64,000 bases of DNA from Candidatus Hadarchaeota archaeon. GTDB lineage: Archaea > CAYQAE01 > CAYVLA01. A program made the translations under genes and the position numbers. Positions 9,035 through 18,073 of the stretch are shown here, piece after piece; positions within the stretch are counted from its first letter, which is position 1, and each line of letters opens with the position of its first letter. Location: assembly GCA_964621445.1 (NCBI GenBank), contig CAZUNO010000013.1, positions 1 to 64,000 on the forward strand, given 5' to 3'. The notes beneath the pieces are model-generated. The model was not told where the DNA came from. It ran no database searches and saw only the letters and a list, made by a program, of their open reading frames with translations.

Positions 9035-9133
9035 ATTGGTAAAGGACTACCACCGGTCATCACGAGTTAAGAAGATATTTGAAGCCCGTCCTTTCACGGA
9101 AATGGGCCCGAATGACGAAGCGGTGCATCTAAC

Positions 9134-9919
9134 ATGAATATAGTGGTCTGCGTTAAACAAGTGCCGGAAAGCATGGAAATCGAGATAGATCCCGAGACTG
9201 GTACCTTGGTCCGAGAGGGGGCAAAAGCCAGGATCAATCCCTTTGACATGTACGCAATAGAGGAGGCTCTTAGGCTCCGGGATGACAATGGGGGACGTAT
9301 AACTGCCCTTTGCATGGGACCTCCCCAGGCAGAGGACGCAATCCGCGATGCGATTGCTCTCGGATGTGACCGAGGCATATTGATATCGGACCCTATTTTC
9401 GCGGGATCCGACACCCTCGCCACCTCATACACGCTTGCACGGGCCATCGAAAATGTGGGAGCCGTTGACCTGATAATATGCGGACTCAAGACAACTGACG
9501 GGGATACGGGACAGGTTGGCCCAGGAACCGCCGAGCAGCTAGACCTACCACACGTGAGTTACGTGCGGGAGATTTCCAGGATCGAGGGGAAATCCATTAT
9601 CGTCCGCAGAGATCTCGATGATACAACGGAGGTACTTCGCTCACCTCTCCCATGTTTGATAACGGTGACCAAGGAGATAAACGAACCTCGATTGCCATCC
9701 TTCAAGGGAAAGATGGCAGCAAGAAAGGCTAAAATACCGGTCTGGAAGGCCAAGGATCTTGATATTGACCAGAAGCGCGTGGGGTCGGATGGCTCCCCGA
9801 CATGGGTGATGAAGGTCTTCAGCCCGGAAACGGACCGGGTTGGAAAAGAACTGGAGGGCGATCCCGGGCAACAGGCCCGGGCCCTCGTACAAGAGCTGAG
9901 GGAGAGGGGCCTGGTTTAG
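9134..9919 (+). CDS. etfB: Electron transfer flavoprotein beta subunit
   Basis: VVCVKQVP, NPFD, GSDTLATS, DGDTGQVGP, NEPRLPS, GSPT. Confidence 0.93.
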   Translation: MNIVVCVKQVPESMEIEIDPETGTLVREGAKARINPFDMYAIEEALRLRDDNGGRITALCMGPPQAEDAIRDAIALGCDRGILISDPIFAGSDTLATSYTLARAIENVGAVDLIICGLKTTDGDTGQVGPGTAEQLDLPHVSYVREISRIEGKSIIVRRDLDDTTEVLRSPLPCLITVTKEINEPRLPSFKGKMAARKAKIPVWKAKDLDIDQKRVGSDGSPTWVMKVFSPETDRVGKELEGDPGQQARALVQELRERGLV

Positions 9920-9936
9920 GCCAGTTTGGTGATCGG

Positions 9937-11109
9937 ATGGCCAAGATTGAGGTAATCGCGGAAAAGTGCACTGGTTGCGGCCTATGTATCGGAGCCTGCC
10001 CCTACGGGTGTATATCGATGGAGGATATAGCCGTAATAGGGCAGGGTTGTAACTTCTGTGGGCTATGCGCAGAGGAATGCCCAAGCCAGGCAATAGAAAT
10101 TACCAGGGAAAAAAGGGAGAAGGCGGACCTCTCGGACTACAGCGGAGTTATGGTCTTTGGAGAACAGGTCGATGGTCGAATATCTCCTGTAGTCCTGGAA
10201 CTTTTGGGGAAGGGAAAGGAGATTGCAGCCAAGCTAGGGGAAAAACTTGAATGCGTGGTCCTCGGCGAAGACCTGTCCGAGGAGGCCATGGACCTAGCAT
10301 GTCACGGGGCCGACACGGTCTACGTATTTGATGATCCATCACTGGGAGATTTCAGGGATGATCCATATACCGATGTTCTATCCAGATTTATCCGGGAGGC
10401 AAAGCCGAGCATATTTCTTCTGGGTGCCACGGCCATAGGTCGGTCCCTGGCACCCAGATTAGCGGTAAATCTTCAGACCGGGCTGACGGCGGATTGCACA
10501 TCTCTGGATATCGACCAAAGTGGTAACCTGGTCCAGACGCGTCCTGCCTGTGGAGGTAATATAATGGCTTCCATTCTGTGCGATGATACCCGTCCCCAGA
10601 TGGCCACGGTAAGGTACAAGGTTATGAAAAAGGCGGAAAGGGATGAATCCAGCCCAGGGCGGGTTATCGAGAGGGATGTCGATTTTCATAGGGATCGAGT
10701 AGAAATACTTGACTCATCTCCAATTCCAGGGGATGTTAGCCTGACCGAGGCGGAAATAGTGGTTTCCGGGGGCAAGGGGTTGCAGAGGCCGGATGGATTT
10801 GAAATAATCCGAGAGCTTGCAGCACAAATTGGAGGGGTGGTTGGGGCAAGCCGGCTTACCGTTGATGAGGGTTGGATCCCCTACAGACACCAGGTGGGTC
10901 TGAGCGGTAAGACGGTGAGACCGAGGCTCTATATTGCCTGTGGAATATCGGGAGCCGTCCAGCATCTGGCCGGAATGCAGACATCCGAGCTTATAGTGGG
11001 GATAAACAAGGACCCGGAGGCCCCCATCTTCAAGGTTGCGGATTACGCCATCGTGGGGGACCTTTATGAGGTAGTGCCGGAGATAATCTGGCAGCTGAAG
11101 GAGGACTAA
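9937..11109 (+). CDS. etfA: Electron transfer flavoprotein alpha subunit with N-terminal 2[4Fe-4S] ferredoxin
   Basis: CTGCGLCIGACP / CNFCGLCAEECP, TGLTADCT, RPACGGN, QVGLSGKTV, GISGAVQH; ATG at 9937. Confidence 0.93.
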   Translation: MAKIEVIAEKCTGCGLCIGACPYGCISMEDIAVIGQGCNFCGLCAEECPSQAIEITREKREKADLSDYSGVMVFGEQVDGRISPVVLELLGKGKEIAAKLGEKLECVVLGEDLSEEAMDLACHGADTVYVFDDPSLGDFRDDPYTDVLSRFIREAKPSIFLLGATAIGRSLAPRLAVNLQTGLTADCTSLDIDQSGNLVQTRPACGGNIMASILCDDTRPQMATVRYKVMKKAERDESSPGRVIERDVDFHRDRVEILDSSPIPGDVSLTEAEIVVSGGKGLQRPDGFEIIRELAAQIGGVVGASRLTVDEGWIPYRHQVGLSGKTVRPRLYIACGISGAVQHLAGMQTSELIVGINKDPEAPIFKVADYAIVGDLYEVVPEIIWQLKED

Positions 11110-11114
11110 AACCA

Positions 11115-12512
11115 ATGGACTATGGAAAGGTAACCCAAGAGGTCATTGATAAATTATCTTCAATTGTAGGCGAGGGAAACGTTAGAACTGACCCGTCAAC
11201 CCTGGAGAAGTATTCGAAGGATGAAACCCCCCAGATTGAGGGATCACTACCCGACGTGGTCGTCCTACCCGAAAATACGGCCGAGGTCTCAGAAGTACTT
11301 TCCACGGCAAACTCCCGGAAAATACCGGTAACCTTTCGCGGCCAGGGAACCGGCCTCAGCTGCGGATCGGTGCCCCTTATGGGCGGCATCCTCATGGTCT
11401 TCGAAAGGATGAACCGGATACTGGAGATCGACGAGGAGAACCTTATGGCTGTTCTGGAGGCCGGTGCAGTACTAATCGACTTTAGAGAGCAGGTTGAAAA
11501 GCTGGGTCTTTTCTACCCCGCGGACCCCGGTGAACGGAGCTCGGCAATAGGCGGTAATGTGGCCACAAACGCCGGGGGTATGAACGGGGTCAAATACGGT
11601 AAGACCCGTGATTATATTCTGGGTCTCGAAGTTGTGCTTCCATCAGGAGAAATCCTGGAGCTGGGAGGCAAAACCGTGAAAAGATCGATGGGATACGAAC
11701 TTATGCATCTCATCGTGGGTTCGGAGGGCACACTGGCTGCTATAACCAAGGTAATCGTCAAGTTAACAAGACTTCCCAAGATATTCATGACCCTTTATGT
11801 CCCCTTCGATGACCTTCAACATGCAGTATCATCGGTCTGTGAGATACTCCGAAAGCGAATCACACCTACCGCCATGGAATTCGTTGAAAGGGATGCCATC
11901 CTGCTGGCGGAGGAATACCTCGACGAGAAGATGCCCCATGACCAGGCCAACGCCTACCTCATTATGAGGCTAGAGGCAGACAAGGAGGATGATCTCTATG
12001 AGGAGGCGGAAGCGATATCGGAAATCTGTTTCGAGAACGGTGCCGTAGATGTACTAGTGGCAGACACCCCTGAACGCCAGAACAAGATATGGGACCTCAG
12101 GAGCAACTTCTACGAAGCGGTGGTCAAGGCCAGGGTCGCGGAACTCGTGGATGCCGCGGTTCCCCCCGCCAGGATCGCCGATTTCATGAAGGCTGTCAAG
12201 GAGATCTCCCGAAAATATGACATGAGAATTATCGGATATGGCCACGCTGGAGACGGGAATATACATCTCCACCCCCTTAAGGACGAGCTGAGCGATGAGG
12301 AATGGGAAGAGACCTTGCCCGTGGTCATGAAAGAAATCTACCAAAAGGCCGCATCATTTGGCGGAACCGTTTCGGGCGAACACGGCCTTGGATCGGCCAA
12401 GAAAGGATATGCGACTCTAGCCCTCTCCGAGGAGGAACTGGGGCTGATGAGGGGGATCAAGTCGCTGTTCGATCCCAATGGCATATTGAATCCAGGTAAG
12501 GTGCTTGATTAG
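11115..12512 (+). CDS. FAD-linked 2-hydroxyacid (lactate/glycolate) dehydrogenase, LctD/GlcD family
   Basis: RGQGTGL, GGNVATNAGG, GSEGTL, GHAGDGNIH, GEHGLG, LNPGK. Confidence 0.9.
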   Translation: MDYGKVTQEVIDKLSSIVGEGNVRTDPSTLEKYSKDETPQIEGSLPDVVVLPENTAEVSEVLSTANSRKIPVTFRGQGTGLSCGSVPLMGGILMVFERMNRILEIDEENLMAVLEAGAVLIDFREQVEKLGLFYPADPGERSSAIGGNVATNAGGMNGVKYGKTRDYILGLEVVLPSGEILELGGKTVKRSMGYELMHLIVGSEGTLAAITKVIVKLTRLPKIFMTLYVPFDDLQHAVSSVCEILRKRITPTAMEFVERDAILLAEEYLDEKMPHDQANAYLIMRLEADKEDDLYEEAEAISEICFENGAVDVLVADTPERQNKIWDLRSNFYEAVVKARVAELVDAAVPPARIADFMKAVKEISRKYDMRIIGYGHAGDGNIHLHPLKDELSDEEWEETLPVVMKEIYQKAASFGGTVSGEHGLGSAKKGYATLALSEEELGLMRGIKSLFDPNGILNPGKVLD

Positions 12513-12525
12513 GGAACTCCAATAC

Positions 12526-13872
12526 TCAGGATATTCTCGAACTCAGAGAGGTTATTGAATCCCTCAGGGAATCGTTTATGCCCGGGAAGAATGGTCCCGG
12601 ACCCGTTTCCGCGTAGCGATTGGAGGAAACTACCTCATATCCTCCCTCCTCCAGGAGTTCATCGGTGGGCAGGTAATCCGAGACGTGCTGGGTATATCCC
12701 CAGACCGTTGTTCGATCGTCCTTTAGCCAGGAATGGATCAAGTCCTTCCACTCGGCAACCGGTTCACCGGAGATCCACACGATTTGATTTCCATGGTTCA
12801 ATCTGATTAGCCCGATGCTGCAGGGAACGGCCCTTGCTAAAGGCGAACCCATCTCAAATCTCCGTGCCCAATAATTGCCGAGATTTCTTTCCAATTCCCG
12901 GTCTCTGGTAGCCATTTCCTGCCAATGTTCCAAGGTAGGTGTGGCCTCCAGATCCCTTTTTGCCAGGAATAACCCCTCTATAGCTCTGAGCTCGAGTTCA
13001 ATTTTATCCCCGGGCCGGTCAAGCGTTTGCAACACGTCCTTCCCCAGAATTCTCCCTGCTTCCTGAAGATCTTCCGGTCTTGAATCTCTGAATCTACCAC
13101 TATTCATATCTGCGAGAACCCGCGGCCTGACGTTTCCCGCAAGGCCCTGTATGAAATGGGGCTCAACATCATTCCCCATGGCCTTCCCTAGAAAACGGCG
13201 GGTGGCCCCGGGGTAGTCGGAGGAAATCCCCTGCCAGGCATAGTCATATACTATGACCGGGTGGCAACCGTAGGAAAATGCCACGCATCTCCCATTCGTG
13301 TTCTGAATATCCAGTACCCAAAGGTCCCGGTTATAGCAGCCCTCTGGGTTTGGTCTCATCTTCATCTCTCCATCTCGGTCCCGGTTACGCCGATTAATAC
13401 CCAGATCCGACTTTCCTCGGTGAAGATATATCTCGGCGGGCTCCGCTTGTTTGCGTGCCGTAAGGGCCATGTTCAACACCTTCTTCCTGAGCGTCAGCTC
13501 GTAGTTTCTCAACGCCTGTGGCTTCTCCATATCCGCCGCATAAATGTCGAAGTTGGTCATTGGCCCGCTATGTATGTGGGCAAAGTTGAGGATGATGGAA
13601 TCGATTGGCACCTCGCAGACCGATGCCAGGTCATATCTCAGCTTGGATCCAGAGGAATAGGACATCCCAACCAGATCCAGGGAGATCCATAACGCCCGGC
13701 CACCATCCTCGTCCTTTAGATATATTGCTTCCGCCTTCAGCGGGTCCAAGACGGATGCTCCAGGGGAGAATCTCGGTCCTCTACCTCCCATGGGAAGACC
13801 CAGAGGTGGTGTAATATCGATCTCATTCCAGCCTGCTTCCTGTTCACTCATAAAAAAAGCCTCCATCTCCAA
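12526..13872 (-). CDS. Neutral/alkaline ceramidase-like amidohydrolase
   Basis: DITPP, HIHSGP (HTHSGP-like), INRR, YGCHP, SSDYPG, QGLAGNVRP, GE, YLPT...GGYE. Confidence 0.7.
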   Translation of the reverse strand: MEMEAFFMSEQEAGWNEIDITPPLGLPMGGRGPRFSPGASVLDPLKAEAIYLKDEDGGRALWISLDLVGMSYSSGSKLRYDLASVCEVPIDSIILNFAHIHSGPMTNFDIYAADMEKPQALRNYELTLRKKVLNMALTARKQAEPAEIYLHRGKSDLGINRRNRDRDGEMKMRPNPEGCYNRDLWVLDIQNTNGRCVAFSYGCHPVIVYDYAWQGISSDYPGATRRFLGKAMGNDVEPHFIQGLAGNVRPRVLADMNSGRFRDSRPEDLQEAGRILGKDVLQTLDRPGDKIELELRAIEGLFLAKRDLEATPTLEHWQEMATRDRELERNLGNYWARRFEMGSPLARAVPCSIGLIRLNHGNQIVWISGEPVAEWKDLIHSWLKDDRTTVWGYTQHVSDYLPTDELLEEGGYEVVSSNRYAETGPGPFFPGINDSLRDSITSLSSRIS

Positions 13873-13879
13873 ATATCAT

Positions 13880-15217
13880 CTAAGGATCCAGTTCCCTGGC
13901 ATCGGTCCAGAACTGGAGGAGACGTTTCTCCATTTCATTGCAGATGTCAGGATTTTCCTGGGCGAGATTATTTGTCTCCTCTGGGTCCGAATCCTTGTCA
14001 TATAATTCCGGTGGCCCATCCTGGTTATTGGCAACATATCTCCACTGATCATCCACCACATATTGATACTTCTTACCCCATCCGGCTATCACGTATTCCC
14101 GAGACCCAGTTTGGTTTCCCTGTACCATATCCCAGAAACTACTACCGTGAACGGTTTCCGGCGGTTCCATACCCAGGATTTCATAGCAGGTAGGCATGAA
14201 ATCAGGGCTCCAAACCAAGTCCTTAATCCTTAGCCCAGAAGGGCCGTTTGGGCTTTTGATTATCAGCGGTACATTGGCGATATACTGACTTAGGGTATTC
14301 TTTATCTGGGGGGACTTGGTCACACAGCCGCGCTCACCAAGCATTGTTCCATGGTCAGAGGTGAACAGGATCGCGGTTTCGTCCTCCAGATCCAGCTCTT
14401 GCACCTTGTCCAGCAACACGCCCACCCAGTGATCCACCAGGGAAACCTCCCCCGCGTAGAGGGCCTTTAGATCCTCCAGCTCCTCCCTTCCGTAATCATC
14501 GGCGACAACACTGTGCATCACAGGGATAATTATATTCGGTCCCTCGTATCCCTCGTTGCCGTACATCTCGTAGTACTTCCTTGGAGGGTCCCAGGGCTCA
14601 TGGGGGTCAAATAGCTCGACCCACAGGAGGAACCTATCCACATCCCTGTTCTCCTCCAACCACCGCACGGCCTCACCTATGGTCTGCCCGGGGAAGTATT
14701 CTGATTCATCATCGCCCCGATCCGCGATGTTATCCAGATAGCTGGCGATTGCATCCGCGTAATTCTTCCCGAATTTTCTCTCCAGGGGGACCTCATCGGT
14801 TCTGTCAGGAAGATAATTCCAGGGGTTTCCCCCCTTTCGGGCACTCACATATGGATCCATTTCCTGTCCCCGGATCCAACGCCACTCATCAAATCCCCGG
14901 TGGAAATTATAGCCGGGTTTGAACAGGTGGTAGGTATCCGCCATCAGTGCTGTGCGGAATCCCTGCCTCTGTAGATGCTCGGGCATCGTGATATCTTGAT
15001 CGGTGAGGGGTGACCAACCCCTAAAAGGCAGGGTAAACTTGCCGGTCATATGAACCAACCTCTCCGGTATGGTAGGAAGTCCCTCGGCGTATGCCTCCTC
15101 AAACAGGACCCCTTTGGAGGCCATTTCATCCAGGTGCGGGGTTTGGACATCTTTTCTACCCATACAGCCCAGATGGTCGTTTCGGAAGGTGTCCGAGCAG
15201 ATCCAGATCAGGTTCAT
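13880..15217 (-). CDS. Sulfatase-like / alkaline-phosphatase-superfamily hydrolase (Thr at nucleophile position)
   Basis: DTFRNDH, PHLD, LPTIPERxxxMTG, DPHEPWDPP, TSDHG, ELYDxxxDPxE. Confidence 0.85.
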   Translation of the reverse strand: MNLIWICSDTFRNDHLGCMGRKDVQTPHLDEMASKGVLFEEAYAEGLPTIPERLVHMTGKFTLPFRGWSPLTDQDITMPEHLQRQGFRTALMADTYHLFKPGYNFHRGFDEWRWIRGQEMDPYVSARKGGNPWNYLPDRTDEVPLERKFGKNYADAIASYLDNIADRGDDESEYFPGQTIGEAVRWLEENRDVDRFLLWVELFDPHEPWDPPRKYYEMYGNEGYEGPNIIIPVMHSVVADDYGREELEDLKALYAGEVSLVDHWVGVLLDKVQELDLEDETAILFTSDHGTMLGERGCVTKSPQIKNTLSQYIANVPLIIKSPNGPSGLRIKDLVWSPDFMPTCYEILGMEPPETVHGSSFWDMVQGNQTGSREYVIAGWGKKYQYVVDDQWRYVANNQDGPPELYDKDSDPEETNNLAQENPDICNEMEKRLLQFWTDARELDP

Positions 15218-15317
15218 TCGTCGAACCACCGCCCTTCTTGGTCATGGTTAAGCTGATAACTGTTGGCTGAGGGGGCAAGAGATAACAGATCTATTGCTAT
15301 ATGATATATTGATTGAA

Positions 15318-16910
15318 ATGGAAATCTGGCCCGTTGACCCCCTGGTAAAGGTATTTCGGGACGATTCACCTGGTCCCGGAGACCAAATACGAATGGAGTG
15401 CGCCAGGAATGCCTTCGTGAATGGTCAGCTTGCCATACGAAGCGAGGAGTCACTTGAGGTATCGGTAGCATGTGCCTCGCTCCAGCATGACCAGCAGGAA
15501 CGCAGATTGCAGTGCATGCCCAGATTTATCGGTTATGTGCATGTGAGGGAATCTGTTAGGGAAACTCCTCCCGATGAAAAGGTACGATCCAGGCCGGGGG
15601 AATTTCCGGATTACCTCCGCAGGGAAAATCCAGTACGGGTCAGTTCCGAGGAGACACAGCCCATATGGCTTACCGTATTCGTGCCCCCTTCGGTATCACC
15701 GGGAACATATTCAGGTTCAATTTCGGTGCTAGCAGGTGAAATCGAGGAGCCCTCGGAGGTTGAGCTTACCGTCCACAGGGCAATTATCCCCGACGAGAAC
15801 AAATTGCATGTTACCAACTGGCTCAAACCTGCCCAAATCTCCAGATATTCGGGCATTCCCAACTGGTGTAACGAACACTGGAGATTGCTCAGGGCCCACG
15901 CAAACAGCATGGCAAAACACCGTCAGGACACCATCCTTACCCCGCTATCCCTGATCAAGATCACGCGGAATCAGGAAAAAATAGACCTGGATTTCACGCG
16001 TTTTGACAAGTGGATCCAGATGTTTAGGAGTTGTGGGGTTGACGGCCTGATTGAAGGTGGCCATCTGGCCAGACGGGGCAAAGACTGGGAATCCGATTTC
16101 GTGCTCAGATCCTGGAAAATCGAGGGTATGGACAACGAAAAGAGCCGTCCCCTGCCCGTGGATTCCGAGGAATGCGAGGAGTTTCTATCCCAGTTCTTGC
16201 CCGGGTTACAGGAACACCTGGAGGAAAGGGGATGGATCGAGAAATATGTGCAGCATCTGGCGGATGAGCCCACCCAGGATAACCTGGAGAGCTATCGATA
16301 TCTGGCCCGGACTTTTCACAAATATGCTCCGGATATCAAGAGGATTGACGCCATTCAGACCACCGATCTCATTGGTGACCTCGAAGTCTGGGTACCAGAA
16401 CTTGACCATTTCCACGAAAATATGGATTTCTATATGGATCGCATGAAGCGAGGAGAAAAGGTCTGGTTCTATACCTGCCTGAATCCAAAGGGACGATACC
16501 CGAACAGGTTTATTGACCTTCCGCTACTAAAGGTGAGAATTCTTCACTGGATCAATTTCAGATACCATCTACCCGGCTACCTCCACTGGGGGTATAACTA
16601 CTGGACGGATGATCCATACAGGGATACCCAACCGGATTGGAGTAACGGTCAGCCACTCCCGGCGGGTGATATGTGCATAGTATACCCTGGAAAGGACGGG
16701 CCCCTAGAATCCTTGCGGTACGAGGCCATGAGGGACGGCATCCAGGATTACGAGCTTTTAAACCTCCTTTCCAAACACGATACCAAGAAGGCCACCCAAC
16801 TCTGTCAGAAGATTGTCCTAAATCCAACGGATTATGTAAGAGATGCCAGCAAATTTCGGCGGATAAGGTCGGAGCTCCTGCGGTGCCTTGACAAAGCTAT
16901 GGAAATCTAG
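15318..16910 (+). CDS. DUF4091-domain protein (GH123-like glycoside hydrolase)
   Basis: QPIWLTV..P....PGTY, DFTRFDKW, ADEP, WFYTC, GYLHWGYNYW, GD..IVYPG, SLRYEAMRDGIQDYE. Confidence 0.8.
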   Translation: MEIWPVDPLVKVFRDDSPGPGDQIRMECARNAFVNGQLAIRSEESLEVSVACASLQHDQQERRLQCMPRFIGYVHVRESVRETPPDEKVRSRPGEFPDYLRRENPVRVSSEETQPIWLTVFVPPSVSPGTYSGSISVLAGEIEEPSEVELTVHRAIIPDENKLHVTNWLKPAQISRYSGIPNWCNEHWRLLRAHANSMAKHRQDTILTPLSLIKITRNQEKIDLDFTRFDKWIQMFRSCGVDGLIEGGHLARRGKDWESDFVLRSWKIEGMDNEKSRPLPVDSEECEEFLSQFLPGLQEHLEERGWIEKYVQHLADEPTQDNLESYRYLARTFHKYAPDIKRIDAIQTTDLIGDLEVWVPELDHFHENMDFYMDRMKRGEKVWFYTCLNPKGRYPNRFIDLPLLKVRILHWINFRYHLPGYLHWGYNYWTDDPYRDTQPDWSNGQPLPAGDMCIVYPGKDGPLESLRYEAMRDGIQDYELLNLLSKHDTKKATQLCQKIVLNPTDYVRDASKFRRIRSELLRCLDKAMEI

Positions 16911-16927
16911 GTTTCAGGTCAAGAAGA

Positions 16928-18013
16928 TCATATTGATCTTTCCAGTTCCTCAAAGCCCTCCTCGCTGTACTCGAAAAAGCGCCGATACGAGGGACAGAAA
17001 TAGCTCCGGTCCGGATATCTCCAGCCCCTCCGATGATACTGGCACCCGCCATAACATAGGTCAACCCAGTCACAGTCGAGGCATTCCGCAGGTAACCTGG
17101 ATTTATTTCTTTGAAAATTCCTTAGTTCCGTGCTCTCAACTATAGTGGATAGATCCTCCTCCATGATATTTCCCAGGTATGTTTCTTCCTCAACGAAGAA
17201 ATCGCACGGATATACATTACCGTTGTGTTCAATAACCACGTAGTGGGCACAAATTGGCCCGAAGGTGCATAACCCGGCCTCTCCTCCCACCTCAACCGAA
17301 AGGATCGAATTGAACATCCGGATATAGATGTCCGGAAAATCCCTCTTCCACAGGTCGAAAACTCGGCAGAGAAACTCGCCAAATCGTTCTTGGTCGACGT
17401 TAAAATCCTCCTGCTTTCCGGTTTCCGGATTCAATTCGTAGCAGGGAACGAACTGTAAATGGTGCAGGCCGTTATCGACCAGGAAATTGTATATCTCCTC
17501 CGGGTAGTCAACGTTAACATCATTAATGACCGTGAGGATGTTGAAATCCACATCGGAGTCCTTGAGAAGGTTTATTGACTCCATCACTTCCCCAAATGTT
17601 GGCCTGCCATCAGGCCTCTTTCTATAATGGTTGTGGAGCCTCCTGGGCCCGTCAAGGCTCACCCCTACCAGGAATTTGTATTCCTCGAAGAAATCTATCC
17701 AGTCCTCGTCGAGTAGAGTTCCATTGGTCATGAAGGCATTGGATACCACGTGGCCCCTGCCGTACTTCTCCTGTAGCTTCACCGCTCGCCGGAAGAAATC
17801 AAGTCCAGCCAGCAGAGGTTCGCCCCCCTGCCAACTGAAGGAGGCACTTCCCGCACACATATCCATGAACTGGGATATCATTGCCTCCAATACCTCCTCT
17901 GACATGAGCTTAGCATGGGGAAAGAGGTCGGATTTCATCCTATAGAAGCAGTAATCACAGGCCAGATTACATCGCGCATTTACTGGCTTTACCAGAAGGC
18001 TCCGCGGAAGCAT
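16928..18013 (-). CDS. Anaerobic sulfatase-maturating enzyme (radical SAM/SPASM)
   Basis: KP...CNLACDYCFY, WQGGEPLL, TNGTLL, SLDGP, YPCDF, CLDC...C.GGC...C SPASM cysteines. Confidence 0.9.
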   Translation of the reverse strand: MLPRSLLVKPVNARCNLACDYCFYRMKSDLFPHAKLMSEEVLEAMISQFMDMCAGSASFSWQGGEPLLAGLDFFRRAVKLQEKYGRGHVVSNAFMTNGTLLDEDWIDFFEEYKFLVGVSLDGPRRLHNHYRKRPDGRPTFGEVMESINLLKDSDVDFNILTVINDVNVDYPEEIYNFLVDNGLHHLQFVPCYELNPETGKQEDFNVDQERFGEFLCRVFDLWKRDFPDIYIRMFNSILSVEVGGEAGLCTFGPICAHYVVIEHNGNVYPCDFFVEEETYLGNIMEEDLSTIVESTELRNFQRNKSRLPAECLDCDWVDLCYGGCQYHRRGWRYPDRSYFCPSYRRFFEYSEEGFEELERSI

Positions 18014-18073
18014 CGTATAGGCCTATATCCTTAACCTAAATCTATTACCCAAAAAGAGATATGGGAAGTATCG

